The notes under the pieces were generated by a model that saw nothing but the letters and a program-made list of their open reading frames with translations, made no database searches and had not been told where the DNA came from. The translations under genes and the position numbers were made by a program. Positions 9,131-17,821 of a stretch of DNA of 64,000 nucleotides are shown here, one piece after another. This stretch comes from a virus. Its lineage: Duplodnaviria > Caudoviricetes. The DNA lies in IMG/VR virus record IMGVR_UViG_3300044506_000032, positions 9,814 through 73,813 of that record, one strand, 5' to 3'. Position 1 is the stretch's first letter. Each line of letters opens with the position of its first letter.

Positions 9131-9241
9131 ATGCACATCGCCGATCACGAACTCGCCGCGCTGCTCGGCCTGACGGTCGCCGAGGTCGCGCAACTGCCTG
9201 ACTGGCTCGTCGCGTTCGCCATCGAGCTGATCGGCCACTGA
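9131..9241 (+). CDS. Small hypothetical protein (36 aa)
   Basis: GGAGA RBS; MHIADHELAALLGLTVAEV. Confidence 0.4.
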   Translation: MHIADHELAALLGLTVAEVAQLPDWLVAFAIELIGH

Positions 9242-9348
9242 CACAGCGAAGCGGGACGCCTGCTGCCCAGACGTCCCGCCGCGTGACCCCGTCAGGCCCT
9301 ACACCCTGTGGTCGACTCCGACGGTACTCGCTCGCGAGGAGCTGCGCG

Positions 9349-10071
9349 ATGTTCGACCCGCATAATCCGTCCAACTCCCCCACCGACATACCCCGCTGCT
9401 CCTGCTGCCCGTACGCCCTCTACGGCGCCGACTACGGCAGGCTGGCGTGCTGGCGTTGTGAGCAGCGCATGTACGACCGGCTCAACGAAGTTGAGACGCT
9501 GTGGAACCGCCTGCCCGACTCCGCGCACCGTCCGACCGGTGTGCGCGAGCCGGGCCGCAGCATGTCCGTGTACCCCGGCCTGCCCGGCAACGGGAACGTC
9601 ATCAATCTGACCGGTCCGGGGGATAGCACCCCGCTGGGCCGGCTGCGCGCGGTCGAGGACGACTGGCGGCGCGCCGCCGGCCTGCCGGTGCAGGCGTTCC
9701 GCGGGAGTGCCGGGCAGACGATGCCGCTCGTGCTCGGCTTCCTGCGCGGCCGGCTGCCGTGGGCGTGTGGTGCGCACAAGAACCCGCTGCTCCTCGATGG
9801 TGAGCAGCTGCTCCCGGACGTGCAGGCGCTGCACGAGGCGCTCGGACGGATCGTCGGCGAGCTCGGCCAGGCGGTGACCGGCGAGCCGCGGGCCCGGACG
9901 ATCCCGGTCGCGTGCCTCGCCGAGTACGACGACGGCAGCGTCTGTGGTGCCGAACTGCGGGTCGGCGCGAACACGATCCGGACGATCTGCCCCGGTTGTG
10001 GCGCGGAGTGGTCGAGGGAAACGTTCCTGCGCCTCGCGGCGGAGGCCAACCAGTTCGGGGCGGCGGCATGA
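9349..10071 (+). CDS. Multi-Zn-ribbon protein, putative phage transcriptional regulator
   Basis: CSCC..ACWRC at N-terminus; AC..VCGAEL..ICPGCGAEW at C-terminus; GAGGAG RBS. Confidence 0.6.
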   Translation: MFDPHNPSNSPTDIPRCSCCPYALYGADYGRLACWRCEQRMYDRLNEVETLWNRLPDSAHRPTGVREPGRSMSVYPGLPGNGNVINLTGPGDSTPLGRLRAVEDDWRRAAGLPVQAFRGSAGQTMPLVLGFLRGRLPWACGAHKNPLLLDGEQLLPDVQALHEALGRIVGELGQAVTGEPRARTIPVACLAEYDDGSVCGAELRVGANTIRTICPGCGAEWSRETFLRLAAEANQFGAAA

Positions 10072-10271
10072 CCGGCGGCGAGCAGGTGGTGGCGCTCATG
10101 TTCGGGATCTTGTGCGCGCTGCTGGCGGTGTGCGCGGTGGCCCGGGCGTGGGTGGACGGCTGCGAGGCGGCCGCGAAGGCGCAGGTTGAGATGACACGGA
10201 TTGCCGCGGAGGCGCAGGCCAAGCAGCCGCTGTACGCGCCGTCAGACTGGTCGAGAGAGGGAGAACTGTGA
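10068..10271 (+). CDS. Single-TM membrane protein
   Basis: VVALMFGILCALLAVCAVA; ATGA overlap. Confidence 0.6.
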   Translation: MTGGEQVVALMFGILCALLAVCAVARAWVDGCEAAAKAQVEMTRIAAEAQAKQPLYAPSDWSREGEL

Positions 10272-10768
10272 TCGAGGACGTTCCGCGGCCGGGCTCAATC
10301 GGCTTGACCAGCATCAACGGCCCGGTGGGCTTCGGGATTCGCGTCGGTCAGTTCCTCTGCGGCGATGGCTTCAGCCCCTTCGAGCACGCGTTTCTGTACC
10401 TCGGCGACGGCCTGTTGCTCGAGGCGGAGCCAGGTGGTGCGCGGATCTCCGGCCTGGACGAGTATGCGGGCCGCGAGGTGGTGTTCGTGGCGCCGGCCGG
10501 GCTGACGGATGAGCAGCGGGCGGCGATCGTCACCGCGGCACGCACCATGGTTGGGACCCCGTACAGCTTCCTCGACTTCGCTGCGATCGCCCTGCACCGG
10601 CTCCACGTTCCGGCGCCGGGCCTGAAACGGTTCATCGCCTCGACCCATCACGAAATCTGCTCCGCACTCGTGGACGAGGTGTACCGGCGCGGCGGGTTCG
10701 CGCTCTTCTCTGACGCGAGATGGCAGGGATACGTCACACCGGCAGCGCTCTGGGAGGCGCTGCGGTGA
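10268..10768 (+). CDS. Permuted papain-like NlpC/P60 (YiiX/YebB-like) protein
   Basis: FEHAFLYLGDG..LEAEPGG (His) precedes A..MVGTPYSF and EICSALVDEVY (Cys). Confidence 0.75.
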   Translation: MIEDVPRPGSIGLTSINGPVGFGIRVGQFLCGDGFSPFEHAFLYLGDGLLLEAEPGGARISGLDEYAGREVVFVAPAGLTDEQRAAIVTAARTMVGTPYSFLDFAAIALHRLHVPAPGLKRFIASTHHEICSALVDEVYRRGGFALFSDARWQGYVTPAALWEALR

Positions 10769-10956
10769 GCGGCCGGCTTCGGGTGCGCCGGGTGGCGGCG
10801 GGCTGCTGGGAGGTTCGTTGTCTGCGCTGCTGGGATGACGACCCGTACGCGGTTCCGTGGTCGGTTCGGCCGGCAGTGACGATCGTGGCGCAGGTCGGCA
10901 CGTGGGAGCGGGCGATGCGGCGGGCCGGCGAGCACCTGACGGAGGCGCACCGGTGA
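10765..10956 (+). CDS. Small Cys/His protein
   Basis: GTGA overlap; CxxC..H. Confidence 0.5.
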   Translation: MSGRLRVRRVAAGCWEVRCLRCWDDDPYAVPWSVRPAVTIVAQVGTWERAMRRAGEHLTEAHR

Positions 10957-11120
10957 ACGAGGACTTCTGCCCGTGCGGCCACGTGGTCGGTGATCTGCGG
11001 TGCCTGAACGGCCGGATCTACGGGCCGTGTGACTCGCCGCACTGCGACGGGCCGTGTATGGACACGTACGGGGTCTGCCAGTCGGCGGACGGCTGCTGCG
11101 ACGAGGAGGACGACGGCTGA
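10953..11120 (+). CDS. Small Cys-rich protein
   Basis: GTGA overlap; 9 Cys in 55 aa. Confidence 0.5.
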   Translation: MNEDFCPCGHVVGDLRCLNGRIYGPCDSPHCDGPCMDTYGVCQSADGCCDEEDDG

Positions 11121-11351
11121 GGGCTCGCGGCGCCCGGCTGTAAAGCTCGGGCGCCGCGCCCGGGGAGGACGAGCTGTGACCATATCGCTGGCGCGGGCTG
11201 GCGGGTAGCCCCTGAACAGCACAAGACCCCCGCTGGTGGGCGGGGGCCGGGGTGCCGCAGGTCTCGATCTGATCTACTTCGGCAAGGTCGTTGACTGCGT
11301 TCCGGGCCGGGTCGAAGCTGTCATTCCGCTTCTTCGTTCAAGGGAGGCCCC

Positions 11352-11708
11352 GTGGAAAAAATCAGCGTGGAGCGGACCGAGACACCGCCGTGCTCACGGT
11401 GCGGCAGGCAGCTGCTGATCGCGGCCAACACACCGCCGGGTGTGGACGGCCCGCTTGTCGAGTTGTGCCGCTGGTGCGACGAGGGCACTGACAGTGCGGC
11501 CGGCCGCCTGGTGGCGATGTTCGCAGCGGGGCTGACGGCTGAGGACGCGCCGGCCGCCGGGGAGCTGATGCTGGACTGGTACCGGGAGGTGATGGCATCA
11601 CGGGGCTGGTATCACTGCCCGGACGATCACTCGGATCCGGCGGCGGACGAGGAGGCGTCGTTCGCCACGTGGGAAGCGGAGCTGGAAGGCGGTGTGCGGG
11701 ATGCATGA
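11352..11708 (+). CDS. DUF6300-like Zn-binding protein
   Basis: AAGGGAGG RBS, GTG start; CSRCGRQLL..LCRWCD..AAGRL. Confidence 0.55.
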   Translation: MEKISVERTETPPCSRCGRQLLIAANTPPGVDGPLVELCRWCDEGTDSAAGRLVAMFAAGLTAEDAPAAGELMLDWYREVMASRGWYHCPDDHSDPAADEEASFATWEAELEGGVRDA

Positions 11709-11751
11709 CAGCAACTGGGGCGGCTACGCCGACACGGCCTGGGACTGACGG

Positions 11752-12249
11752 CTACCCGGCGCAATGGCGGTCGGGGTGGCAGCAGCCGGTCCCGTCGCAG
11801 GTGCACGGCTCGTCGTGGCTGCCGAACGTGCAGCACGGGCACGGGTCGGGCTCGCCCAGGAGACGGCACCCGCCGACCGGCTCACCGCACTCGGTGCAGC
11901 GGTCGTGCATCAGCCCGCACGGCTCCGGGCAGACCGTGCGGTCGAACCACGTCTCGGTGCTGTCGTCGTGCACGCATTCGCGAAGCTCATGCTGCTCCCA
12001 CGGTGCGCCGCACGTCTCGCCGAACCGTTCGGCTGCGCACTGGCCGCCCGGAGTGCCCTCGTAGGTGTGGTCGGTGACGCGGAGTTGTGCGGGCTGGCCT
12101 TGGAGCTGGTCGAGCTTGCGGCCGAGGACGATGACGGTCCTCGCGAGATCGAGCTGGTCGTGCTCGTCGCAGAGGTGGTCGTACAGGTCGTCGCCGTCGG
12201 TGAGGTCGGTCTTGCCGCAGCCGGCGACGGGGCACTTCAGGGAGGTCAC
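11752..12249 (-). CDS. Cys/His-rich protein
   Basis: GTG at 12249 overlapping the upstream stop; many CxxC motifs. Confidence 0.6.
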   Translation of the reverse strand: MTSLKCPVAGCGKTDLTDGDDLYDHLCDEHDQLDLARTVIVLGRKLDQLQGQPAQLRVTDHTYEGTPGGQCAAERFGETCGAPWEQHELRECVHDDSTETWFDRTVCPEPCGLMHDRCTECGEPVGGCRLLGEPDPCPCCTFGSHDEPCTCDGTGCCHPDRHCAG

Positions 12250-12431
12250 GGCTGTTCCTTGATGACGATGCGCAGCGCTTCGACGACGGCGCCGGTGCGG
12301 ATGTTGTCGGGGAACCGCTGCTCCCAGGCGTCGGCCATCTGCTCGATCCGGGCGAGCTTGCGGAGGGCGTTGTCCCGTTCGCGGTGTGCCTGGTAGGCGG
12401 CTTGGCGCCATTCGTGGACGTCGTTGGTCAC
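12246..12431 (-). CDS. Hypothetical protein
   Basis: GTGA overlaps. Confidence 0.55.
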   Translation of the reverse strand: MTNDVHEWRQAAYQAHRERDNALRKLARIEQMADAWEQRFPDNIRTGAVVEALRIVIKEQP

Positions 12432-12637
12432 TGCTTGATCACCTCGTTCTTGTGTTCGCCGCACCACACGAGATCGTCGAAGGTGCCGTCGGAGTACACC
12501 TGCCTGCCGGCGTCCCAGACGAAGCACTCGGCGGTGGGGCAGTTGAATCCGCAGACGGCGGAGCAGCAGGGGTCGTCGGGTGAGCACTCGTCTTCGATGC
12601 ACTGGGCGTCGGGGCAATACGGGGCGGCGGTGGTCAC
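12428..12637 (-). CDS. Small Cys-rich protein
   Basis: GTGA overlap; 8 Cys. Confidence 0.55.
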   Translation of the reverse strand: MTTAAPYCPDAQCIEDECSPDDPCCSAVCGFNCPTAECFVWDAGRQVYSDGTFDDLVWCGEHKNEVIKQ

Positions 12638-13026
12638 GGTTGCTCCCCTTGGGCCACGGCAAGTAGCACGTCCGCATGGCAGGCCAGTTCCGGCTTGCAC
12701 CAGCACATCAGGTCCAACCCGGCCAGTTCAACGCGCGCCTTCTCGACGAGGTCGGGCCGCGTGCGGAGCCACTCCCGATAGAAGCGGACGGCCTGCTCGT
12801 GGGCGGTGTTCTGGTAGGCGCAGGTGACGTTGTAGGCGCCGTTCGGTGGGTGGATGCCGCGGGGCCCGTCCCAGTGGACTGTCCAGTGGGTGCGGCCGGC
12901 GGGTTGTACGGACCAGGGGTTGCCCCAGACGCTGCCGCGGGCCCGCCCGACGTAGCGGCTGTTCTCGGGAGCTCGCCAGCCGGCAGTACGACACCGCTGG
13001 ACGCGTACCGGGGTTTCGCCGGTCAT
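12634..13026 (-). CDS. DUF4326-family protein (second copy)
   Basis: RVQRCRTAGWRAP..YVGR..WGNPW and LAGLDLMCWCKPELACHADVLL. Confidence 0.85.
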   Translation of the reverse strand: MTGETPVRVQRCRTAGWRAPENSRYVGRARGSVWGNPWSVQPAGRTHWTVHWDGPRGIHPPNGAYNVTCAYQNTAHEQAVRFYREWLRTRPDLVEKARVELAGLDLMCWCKPELACHADVLLAVAQGEQP

Positions 13027-13379
13027 CGTTCCTCCTCGTTGGGCCAGGTGTGCCCGTTGGCGTCTTCGCAGTCGTCGTCGTGCTCGGGGTTGTGGATGCA
13101 GAAGGTCTCGCGGCCGGTCGAGTCGTAGTCCATGGAGTCGCACCACGGCCCGGTGCCGATGCGGCGGTCGAGTTCGTCTCGCCAGGCGTTCTCGCCGGCT
13201 TCGGCGGCGGCACGGGCGTGGCGCTTCTCCCAGCCTTGACGGGCTGCGGCAGCCCGGACGGAGCGGGCTTCGGGGGTGCGGCGGCGTGCGGCGATCTGCT
13301 CGCGTCGGATTTGTTCGGCGGCGTCGAGGGTGTCGGCGAGCCGGCCCATGAGTTGCCAGATCGCGTCGGTGTCCGTCAC
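13023..13379 (-). CDS. Hypothetical protein with C-terminal Cys/His domain
   Basis: Coupled in operon; C..FC..H..C. Confidence 0.6.
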   Translation of the reverse strand: MTDTDAIWQLMGRLADTLDAAEQIRREQIAARRRTPEARSVRAAAARQGWEKRHARAAAEAGENAWRDELDRRIGTGPWCDSMDYDSTGRETFCIHNPEHDDDCEDANGHTWPNEEER

Positions 13380-13768
13380 CGCTGCTCCTCGTTGTGGCAG
13401 CCGATTTGGTGGTCCCCGCCGGTGCCGTCACACACCGGGCAGGGCTGCTGGTTGGCGTGCGCGGCGGACCTCTCGGCGATGCGCTGGATCTTCGCCGCGA
13501 GGTGCTGCTCCGGGTCTGGGGTGAACCCGTGCAGCGCGACCATGGCCGTCACGATGACGTCGCACAACTCGTCGGCGACGTCGGCCTTGGTGTGGGTGAC
13601 GCCCTTGCGCGGGTTCTGGCCCTGCAGGCCGATGTACGCCCGCATCACCTCCCCCGCCTCCTCGCCGAGCTTCATGAGGCGCATCGCGGTCTCGTGCTCG
13701 CCGGTGCCGTTGGCCTCGTCGAGCCAGGCGACGAGCTGGCGGATCGTCTTCCAGGTTTCGGTGGTCAC
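13376..13768 (-). CDS. MazG-like nucleotide pyrophosphohydrolase
   Basis: MKLGEEAGEV..GQNPRKG..VADELCDVIVTAMVAL. Confidence 0.85.
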   Translation of the reverse strand: MTTETWKTIRQLVAWLDEANGTGEHETAMRLMKLGEEAGEVMRAYIGLQGQNPRKGVTHTKADVADELCDVIVTAMVALHGFTPDPEQHLAAKIQRIAERSAAHANQQPCPVCDGTGGDHQIGCHNEEQR

Positions 13769-14007
13769 TGCTGCTCCAGGGCGTATCCGGTGCGGCGTGG
13801 CTTGCCGTCGCGGGTGAGCGGGGAGTCGTGGAGCTTCGCGAGGGAGACGCTGCGGGCGCCGACCTCGCGTCCATCCTCGGTCAGGGTGACGACGCGGGCC
13901 GTGCCCTGGCCGTAGCAGCCAGCACCCCATGGGGTGACACCCAGGATGCGGATGCGGGTCGTCCTGCCGGGCGTGCAGGAGCGGTAGGTCTGGTCGCGCT
14001 CGATCAC
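13765..14007 (-). CDS. Hypothetical protein
   Basis: GTGA overlap; common actinophage small protein pattern. Confidence 0.6.
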   Translation of the reverse strand: MIERDQTYRSCTPGRTTRIRILGVTPWGAGCYGQGTARVVTLTEDGREVGARSVSLAKLHDSPLTRDGKPRRTGYALEQQ

Positions 14008-14240
14008 TGGGTGGCTCCGTTTCGGGCGATGCGGGCGGCGGCTGCGCGGTCGCGGGAGTCCATCCACTCGCCGTCGATCGGGCCGGGGTGGGTCTCGATG
14101 TCGCTGGCGACCTGCTCCCGGACCGCCTGCTCCAGCGCGGTGATCCGGTCGCGGGCCTTGTCGGCGTCCCAGGCGGGCAGGAGGACGAGCAGTTCGTGGA
14201 GGTCGCGGCGGGCCTCGGCGAGCGGGTTGGTGTCGGTCAT
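14004..14240 (-). CDS. Hypothetical protein
   Basis: AGGAG RBS. Confidence 0.6.
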   Translation of the reverse strand: MTDTNPLAEARRDLHELLVLLPAWDADKARDRITALEQAVREQVASDIETHPGPIDGEWMDSRDRAAAARIARNGATQ

Positions 14241-14250
14241 CGTGCTGCTC

Positions 14251-14511
14251 CTACGGCTTCGGCTTGCTGGACGGGTGCGGGCGGCGGCCGTTCTCGATCG
14301 CGGCCTTCCCGTGGAACGCGCGGCTCTGCTCCCGCTCGATGCTGGCGCGAGTCGTCTGCCAGTTGGCGATGAGATCGGCAGCCCCGACCTCGGTCATCCT
14401 CAGGTTGGCTTCGGCATAGCGGGCGATCAGTTCCGCGACTGCGTCTTCAACGGTCATCTGGCCGGTGGCAACGGCGTGCCCGTAGGTCTCGATGTAGTCG
14501 ATGAGTGCCAT
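14251..14511 (-). CDS. Hypothetical protein
   Basis: AAGGAG RBS. Confidence 0.6.
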   Translation of the reverse strand: MALIDYIETYGHAVATGQMTVEDAVAELIARYAEANLRMTEVGAADLIANWQTTRASIEREQSRAFHGKAAIENGRRPHPSSKPKP

Positions 14512-14568
14512 GGTGCTGCTCCTTGTCGGGTGGCCCGGCCGGTGGCGTGCCGGCCAGGCGCGGGGTGG

Positions 14569-14973
14569 TCAGAGGTGCTCGTCGATGGCCTGTCCGAGCC
14601 CGGCGACGAGCTCGTCGCGCATGTCGTCGGGCGTGTCGGGTGCGAAGGCGAACAGCACGCGGGCGATCGGCTTGTCGCCGGCGTGGATGGTGAGTGCGGC
14701 GTCGTTTTCGGGCTGGAGGCCGTCGGCGCCGAGGCGGACGGCCCAGTGGCCGAGGTCGGCGGCGCGACGGATAAGGTCGTGGATCTTTCGCTGCGCCGCG
14801 TCGTAGGCGTCGTCATCGAGGCCGGCGTCCGCCCAGGTCTGGCCAGTGCTGGGGATCTCCTCGTCCTCCATCATCTCGCCGACGCCCATGTAGTCGGGGC
14901 TGGTCGCGAGTTCGCCGTGCTGGCGGCCGGCTTCGTGGAGAAGGTCGGCGTCGGTGTAGGGCTGGTCAGTCAC
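14569..14973 (-). CDS. Hypothetical protein
   Basis: GAGGAG RBS, GTG start. Confidence 0.6.
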   Translation of the reverse strand: MTDQPYTDADLLHEAGRQHGELATSPDYMGVGEMMEDEEIPSTGQTWADAGLDDDAYDAAQRKIHDLIRRAADLGHWAVRLGADGLQPENDAALTIHAGDKPIARVLFAFAPDTPDDMRDELVAGLGQAIDEHL

Positions 14974-15027
14974 GGTGCTGCTCCTCGGGTTGGGCCCGGC
15001 CGTCACCCGACGGCCGGGCGGGAGTGG

Positions 15028-15645
15028 TCAGGACGTCTCGTCGCGCTCGGCGTCGGTGAACCCGTACCGGCCCGTGTTCGTGCCGCGTGCGACCATCCGG
15101 CCGGCGCTCGTCATCGACCTCTGCGTGTGCTCACCGGAGTACGACAGCGTCGTGTCCGCCCCGATGCCCATGCCGCCGGCCGCCGCGAACGCGTCCTGGT
15201 CTGCACCGAGGAACACGAACTGCCAGCCGTAGGTGTCCTGCTGCTCGGTGATGAGCTTCTTGACCGTGGTCAGGTTGAACTCGCGGGAGGCGTTCTCCTC
15301 GCCGTCGGTCAGGATCACGATGACGACCTCGCCGGGCCTGTCCGTCTCGGGCAGGGCTGCGAGTTGCGCGCCGACAGTGGTGATGGTTCGGCCGACGGCG
15401 TCGAGGAGGGCGGTGCTGCCGCGCGGGACGAGGGCGAAGTCGGGGACGTCGGAGAGCGGGGAGTTCTCGTAGACGGTCTCGTAGGCGTGGTCGAACTGGT
15501 AGAGGGAGACGGTGGTGTCGCCGATCGCTCCGGTCTGTTCGGCGAGGAACGCTCGCAGGCCGCCTTCGGTGTCGGCCTTGACGGTCTGCATGCTGCCGGA
15601 GCGGTCGAGGACGATCGCGATGTGGCGGCGGTCGGGGTTGGTCAT
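15028..15645 (-). CDS. von Willebrand factor A domain protein
   Basis: MIDAS motif VLDRSGSM, RGSTALLDAVG, VILTDGEENAS. Confidence 0.9.
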   Translation of the reverse strand: MTNPDRRHIAIVLDRSGSMQTVKADTEGGLRAFLAEQTGAIGDTTVSLYQFDHAYETVYENSPLSDVPDFALVPRGSTALLDAVGRTITTVGAQLAALPETDRPGEVVIVILTDGEENASREFNLTTVKKLITEQQDTYGWQFVFLGADQDAFAAAGGMGIGADTTLSYSGEHTQRSMTSAGRMVARGTNTGRYGFTDAERDETS

Positions 15646-15704
15646 GGGTTGCTCCTCGGGTTGGGGGGTGGCCGCCGGGCAGCGGCCACCAGGTCAGGCG
15701 GCGG

Positions 15705-15935
15705 TCAGTCCGCGACGGGCTCGATCCACTCCCGGTCCATCCACGCGGACAGCCGGTCGACGGAGTCATCGAGCATGACGCCGTAGCCGGTGACGACCGT
15801 CGGGTCGTTGTGCGCGTAGTGGACGTAGTCGACCCGGCCGAGCGCTCCGGCGGGGATGTCGGGCTGCTCGGGTGCCCAGTCGGCGGACTCGAGGTCGATC
15901 AGGGTGCGGACTCGCTGTCCGATGGTGAGGGTCAC
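15705..15935 (-). CDS. SH3-like small protein
   Basis: LTIGQRVR..GALGRV..YGVMLD pattern. Confidence 0.55.
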   Translation of the reverse strand: MTLTIGQRVRTLIDLESADWAPEQPDIPAGALGRVDYVHYAHNDPTVVTGYGVMLDDSVDRLSAWMDREWIEPVAD

Positions 15936-15972
15936 GGGGTCTCCGTTCAGGGAATGGTCGGGCGGCGGGCGG

Positions 15973-16230
15973 TCAGACGAGCTGCTCGGGGGCGACGCCG
16001 AAGAAGCGGTGCGGCAGGTCCTCGCCGGACTCGAACCAGGCGTCGAGCGCGTTCACGTCGCGCTGCTCCAGCTCGTCCATGAGCCAGCCCCGGACCATCG
16101 GGACTGCCGGGTCGGTCACGGGCAGGCCTTCGGTGGCGGCGAAGTCGTAGCAGAGCTGCTCGGTGGAGCGGGCGGCGATCTGCTTGCGGATGCCGGCCTC
16201 GGCCTTCGCGGCGCTCTGCTGGGCGGTCAT
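15973..16230 (-). CDS. Hypothetical protein, first gene downstream of switch B
   Basis: GGAGG RBS. Confidence 0.65.
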   Translation of the reverse strand: MTAQQSAAKAEAGIRKQIAARSTEQLCYDFAATEGLPVTDPAVPMVRGWLMDELEQRDVNALDAWFESGEDLPHRFFGVAPEQLV

Positions 16231-16270
16231 GGTGTCCTCCGGACCGATCGGGCTCTTTTGACGCTCCCAA

Positions 16271-16333
16271 TTTATAGACCCCTAGAAGATCAAATCAAGG
16301 GGTCTAGAACTGAATCTTCGCGAGGTCTAAAAT
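16271..16333. promoter_or_regulatory. Divergent promoters with TAGACCCC operator half-sites (switch B)
   Basis: TAGACCCCT (16275-83) and AGGGGTCTA (16298-306) inverted; third half-site about 16322-30; TAAAAT 6 nt before ATG 16340 (leaderless). Confidence 0.7.
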
Positions 16334-16339
16334 CCCCCC

Positions 16340-16639
16340 ATGGACCCCACGCCGGCCGAGCTCACACAGACCGCAGTCGACCACGCCCTCGCGATCGACG
16401 ACCCGGCCAACCGCGCCCGCGCCATCACCGGGATCCTCGACGTCATCAAGACCGCCACCCCCGACCTCCAAGCCGCCAGACAGGCCGACATCCTCAAGCT
16501 CCGCGAGGACCACACCCTTCGCGAAGTCGGCGCGCAGGTCGGACTCTCGATTGGGCGAGTCGACCAGATCGCCAAGGGCACGGTCACCGGACGGCGCACC
16601 AAGGCGAAGGCCTCCCCCGCCGGGCCCGACGGCCCCTGA
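16340..16639 (+). CDS. Small HTH repressor-like protein (switch B)
   Basis: TLREVGAQVGLSIGRVDQIAKG HTH; paralogue of 29558-29902. Confidence 0.75.
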   Translation: MDPTPAELTQTAVDHALAIDDPANRARAITGILDVIKTATPDLQAARQADILKLREDHTLREVGAQVGLSIGRVDQIAKGTVTGRRTKAKASPAGPDGP

Positions 16640-16649
16640 CCCCGCCGCT

Positions 16650-16671
16650 TGTCACCCCGGAGTGCGACGAT
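16650..16671 (+). promoter_or_regulatory. RecA-NDp/PafBC-like promoter
   Basis: TGTCAC-N10-GACGAT, 7 nt before ATG 16679. Confidence 0.45.
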
Positions 16672-16678
16672 GCCCGAC

Positions 16679-16873
16679 ATGAACCTGAGCGATGACACTG
16701 TCCGCCGTCTCGAGTGGCTCCACGCCGGCAAGTGGATCTCCGGCTGGGGCGTCGACCAAGCCGAGCTACACGTGTACGGCTTCGACGGTGTCGACGGCGC
16801 CATGAGCCTCGAACTCGGCGAGGCACGTGCGTGGCTGTCCGGCTACATGGCCGGCGTGCAGCGGGCCAGCTGA
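16679..16873 (+). CDS. Hypothetical protein, leaderless
   Basis: GC3 bias; promoter geometry. Confidence 0.55.
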   Translation: MNLSDDTVRRLEWLHAGKWISGWGVDQAELHVYGFDGVDGAMSLELGEARAWLSGYMAGVQRAS

Positions 16874-16963
16874 ACCAACCGGCCCCCGGCCTCTTCCCTG
16901 CTGGTCGGCGCGCCCGTACAGTTGCCCCACTTGCGGGCGCCAGCGGGCCAGTCCCGCAGCGCC

Positions 16964-16998
16964 AGAAAGCCCCCGCCACGCCGCGGGGGCTTTCTGCT
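16964..16998 (+). terminator. Intrinsic terminator
   Basis: 13-bp stem AGAAAGCCCCCGC/GCGGGGGCTTTCT. Confidence 0.75.
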
Positions 16999-17093
16999 GT
17001 TGTCAGCCCCGTCTGCAATGGCCCCTGATCATCCCCTGGACCCGGCACCCGCAGGCTGGCATGCTGCGATCCCACCCCCGGCAGGGAGCACTC

Positions 17094-17474
17094 ATGCCCG
17101 AAGACCCGAACGCGCCGATCGACCAGCTCGCTGCACGCCGCAGAAAGCGCGCAGCGTCAACCACCCAGCCAGAGGAACAGAGTCTGGCCGACCAGACCGT
17201 CGAACGGGCCTCGATATCCCGGGCCTGGGAGGCGGCGGTAGCTGAACACGGCGTGAGCCTGACCAGTCCGGAAGGGGAGGCGTACGCGCGGGGCATCGCC
17301 GACTTCCTGGAGCGTCTCGCCCACGGTGCGATGCTCGTGCGGGACGGCGACCCGACTCGGGGGGTCGCCCCGAATCCGGATGACGGCATGGACCGGGTGT
17401 CGGCGCGGATGCTGGTCGGGCTGGCGAGGGACCTGCGGGACACGCCGGCCATTCTTCGAGCATCCCAGCCGTAA
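17094..17474 (+). CDS. Hypothetical protein
   Basis: AGGGAG RBS; flanked by terminators. Confidence 0.6.
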   Translation: MPEDPNAPIDQLAARRRKRAASTTQPEEQSLADQTVERASISRAWEAAVAEHGVSLTSPEGEAYARGIADFLERLAHGAMLVRDGDPTRGVAPNPDDGMDRVSARMLVGLARDLRDTPAILRASQP

Positions 17475-17478
17475 GCCG

Positions 17479-17505
17479 AAGCCCCCGCTGGTCGGGGGCT
17501 TTCTG
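17479..17505. terminator. Terminator between convergent genes
   Basis: AAGCCCCCG/CGGGGGCTT stem followed by TCTG. Confidence 0.7.
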
Positions 17506-17515
17506 CTGCCCGGAC

Positions 17516-17794
17516 TCAGACGCTCGGCGGTTCGGCCGGCCGCATGGTGCGGTCGCTGTGGCGGATCCAGCCGTAGTCGTTCTCGCCGAGGCCCCAGGCG
17601 GTGTGTGCGGCCCAGCCGCCGTCTATGGTGCGCCGCCACGCGGTGATGATCGCCGGGTGCCATTGGGCGTGGCGGCGGATCCAGCAGATCTGCCACGTCG
17701 AGCGCTCGGTGTCCGGGAGAGTGTCGGAATCGTCGACGGGACGCGCATCGGACCAGCCGGGCCAGCTGTCGGGGGTGCGGTCGCGGCGTGCCAT
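17516..17794 (-). CDS. Trp-rich hypothetical protein
   Basis: ATG 6 nt after an AATAAT -10-like hexamer; SOS-like box upstream. Confidence 0.6.
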   Translation of the reverse strand: MARRDRTPDSWPGWSDARPVDDSDTLPDTERSTWQICWIRRHAQWHPAIITAWRRTIDGGWAAHTAWGLGENDYGWIRHSDRTMRPAEPPSV

Positions 17795-17805
17795 GAGGCC
17801 ATTAT

Positions 17806-17821
17806 TCGATCACGCGTTCGA
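17806..17821. promoter_or_regulatory. Putative LexA (SOS) box
   Basis: TCGATC-ACGC-GTTCGA, one mismatch to the actinobacterial TCGAAC-N4-GTTCGA consensus. Confidence 0.6.

Noticed and set aside
11121-11351. att site or tRNA at the arm junction
   Set aside because: Only a terminator-like hairpin (11227-46); no cloverleaf, duplicated core or integrase seen
13828-15786. 652-aa plus-strand ORF
   Set aside because: Antisense shadow of five or more real minus-strand genes; typical of high-GC DNA, with no RBS or domain
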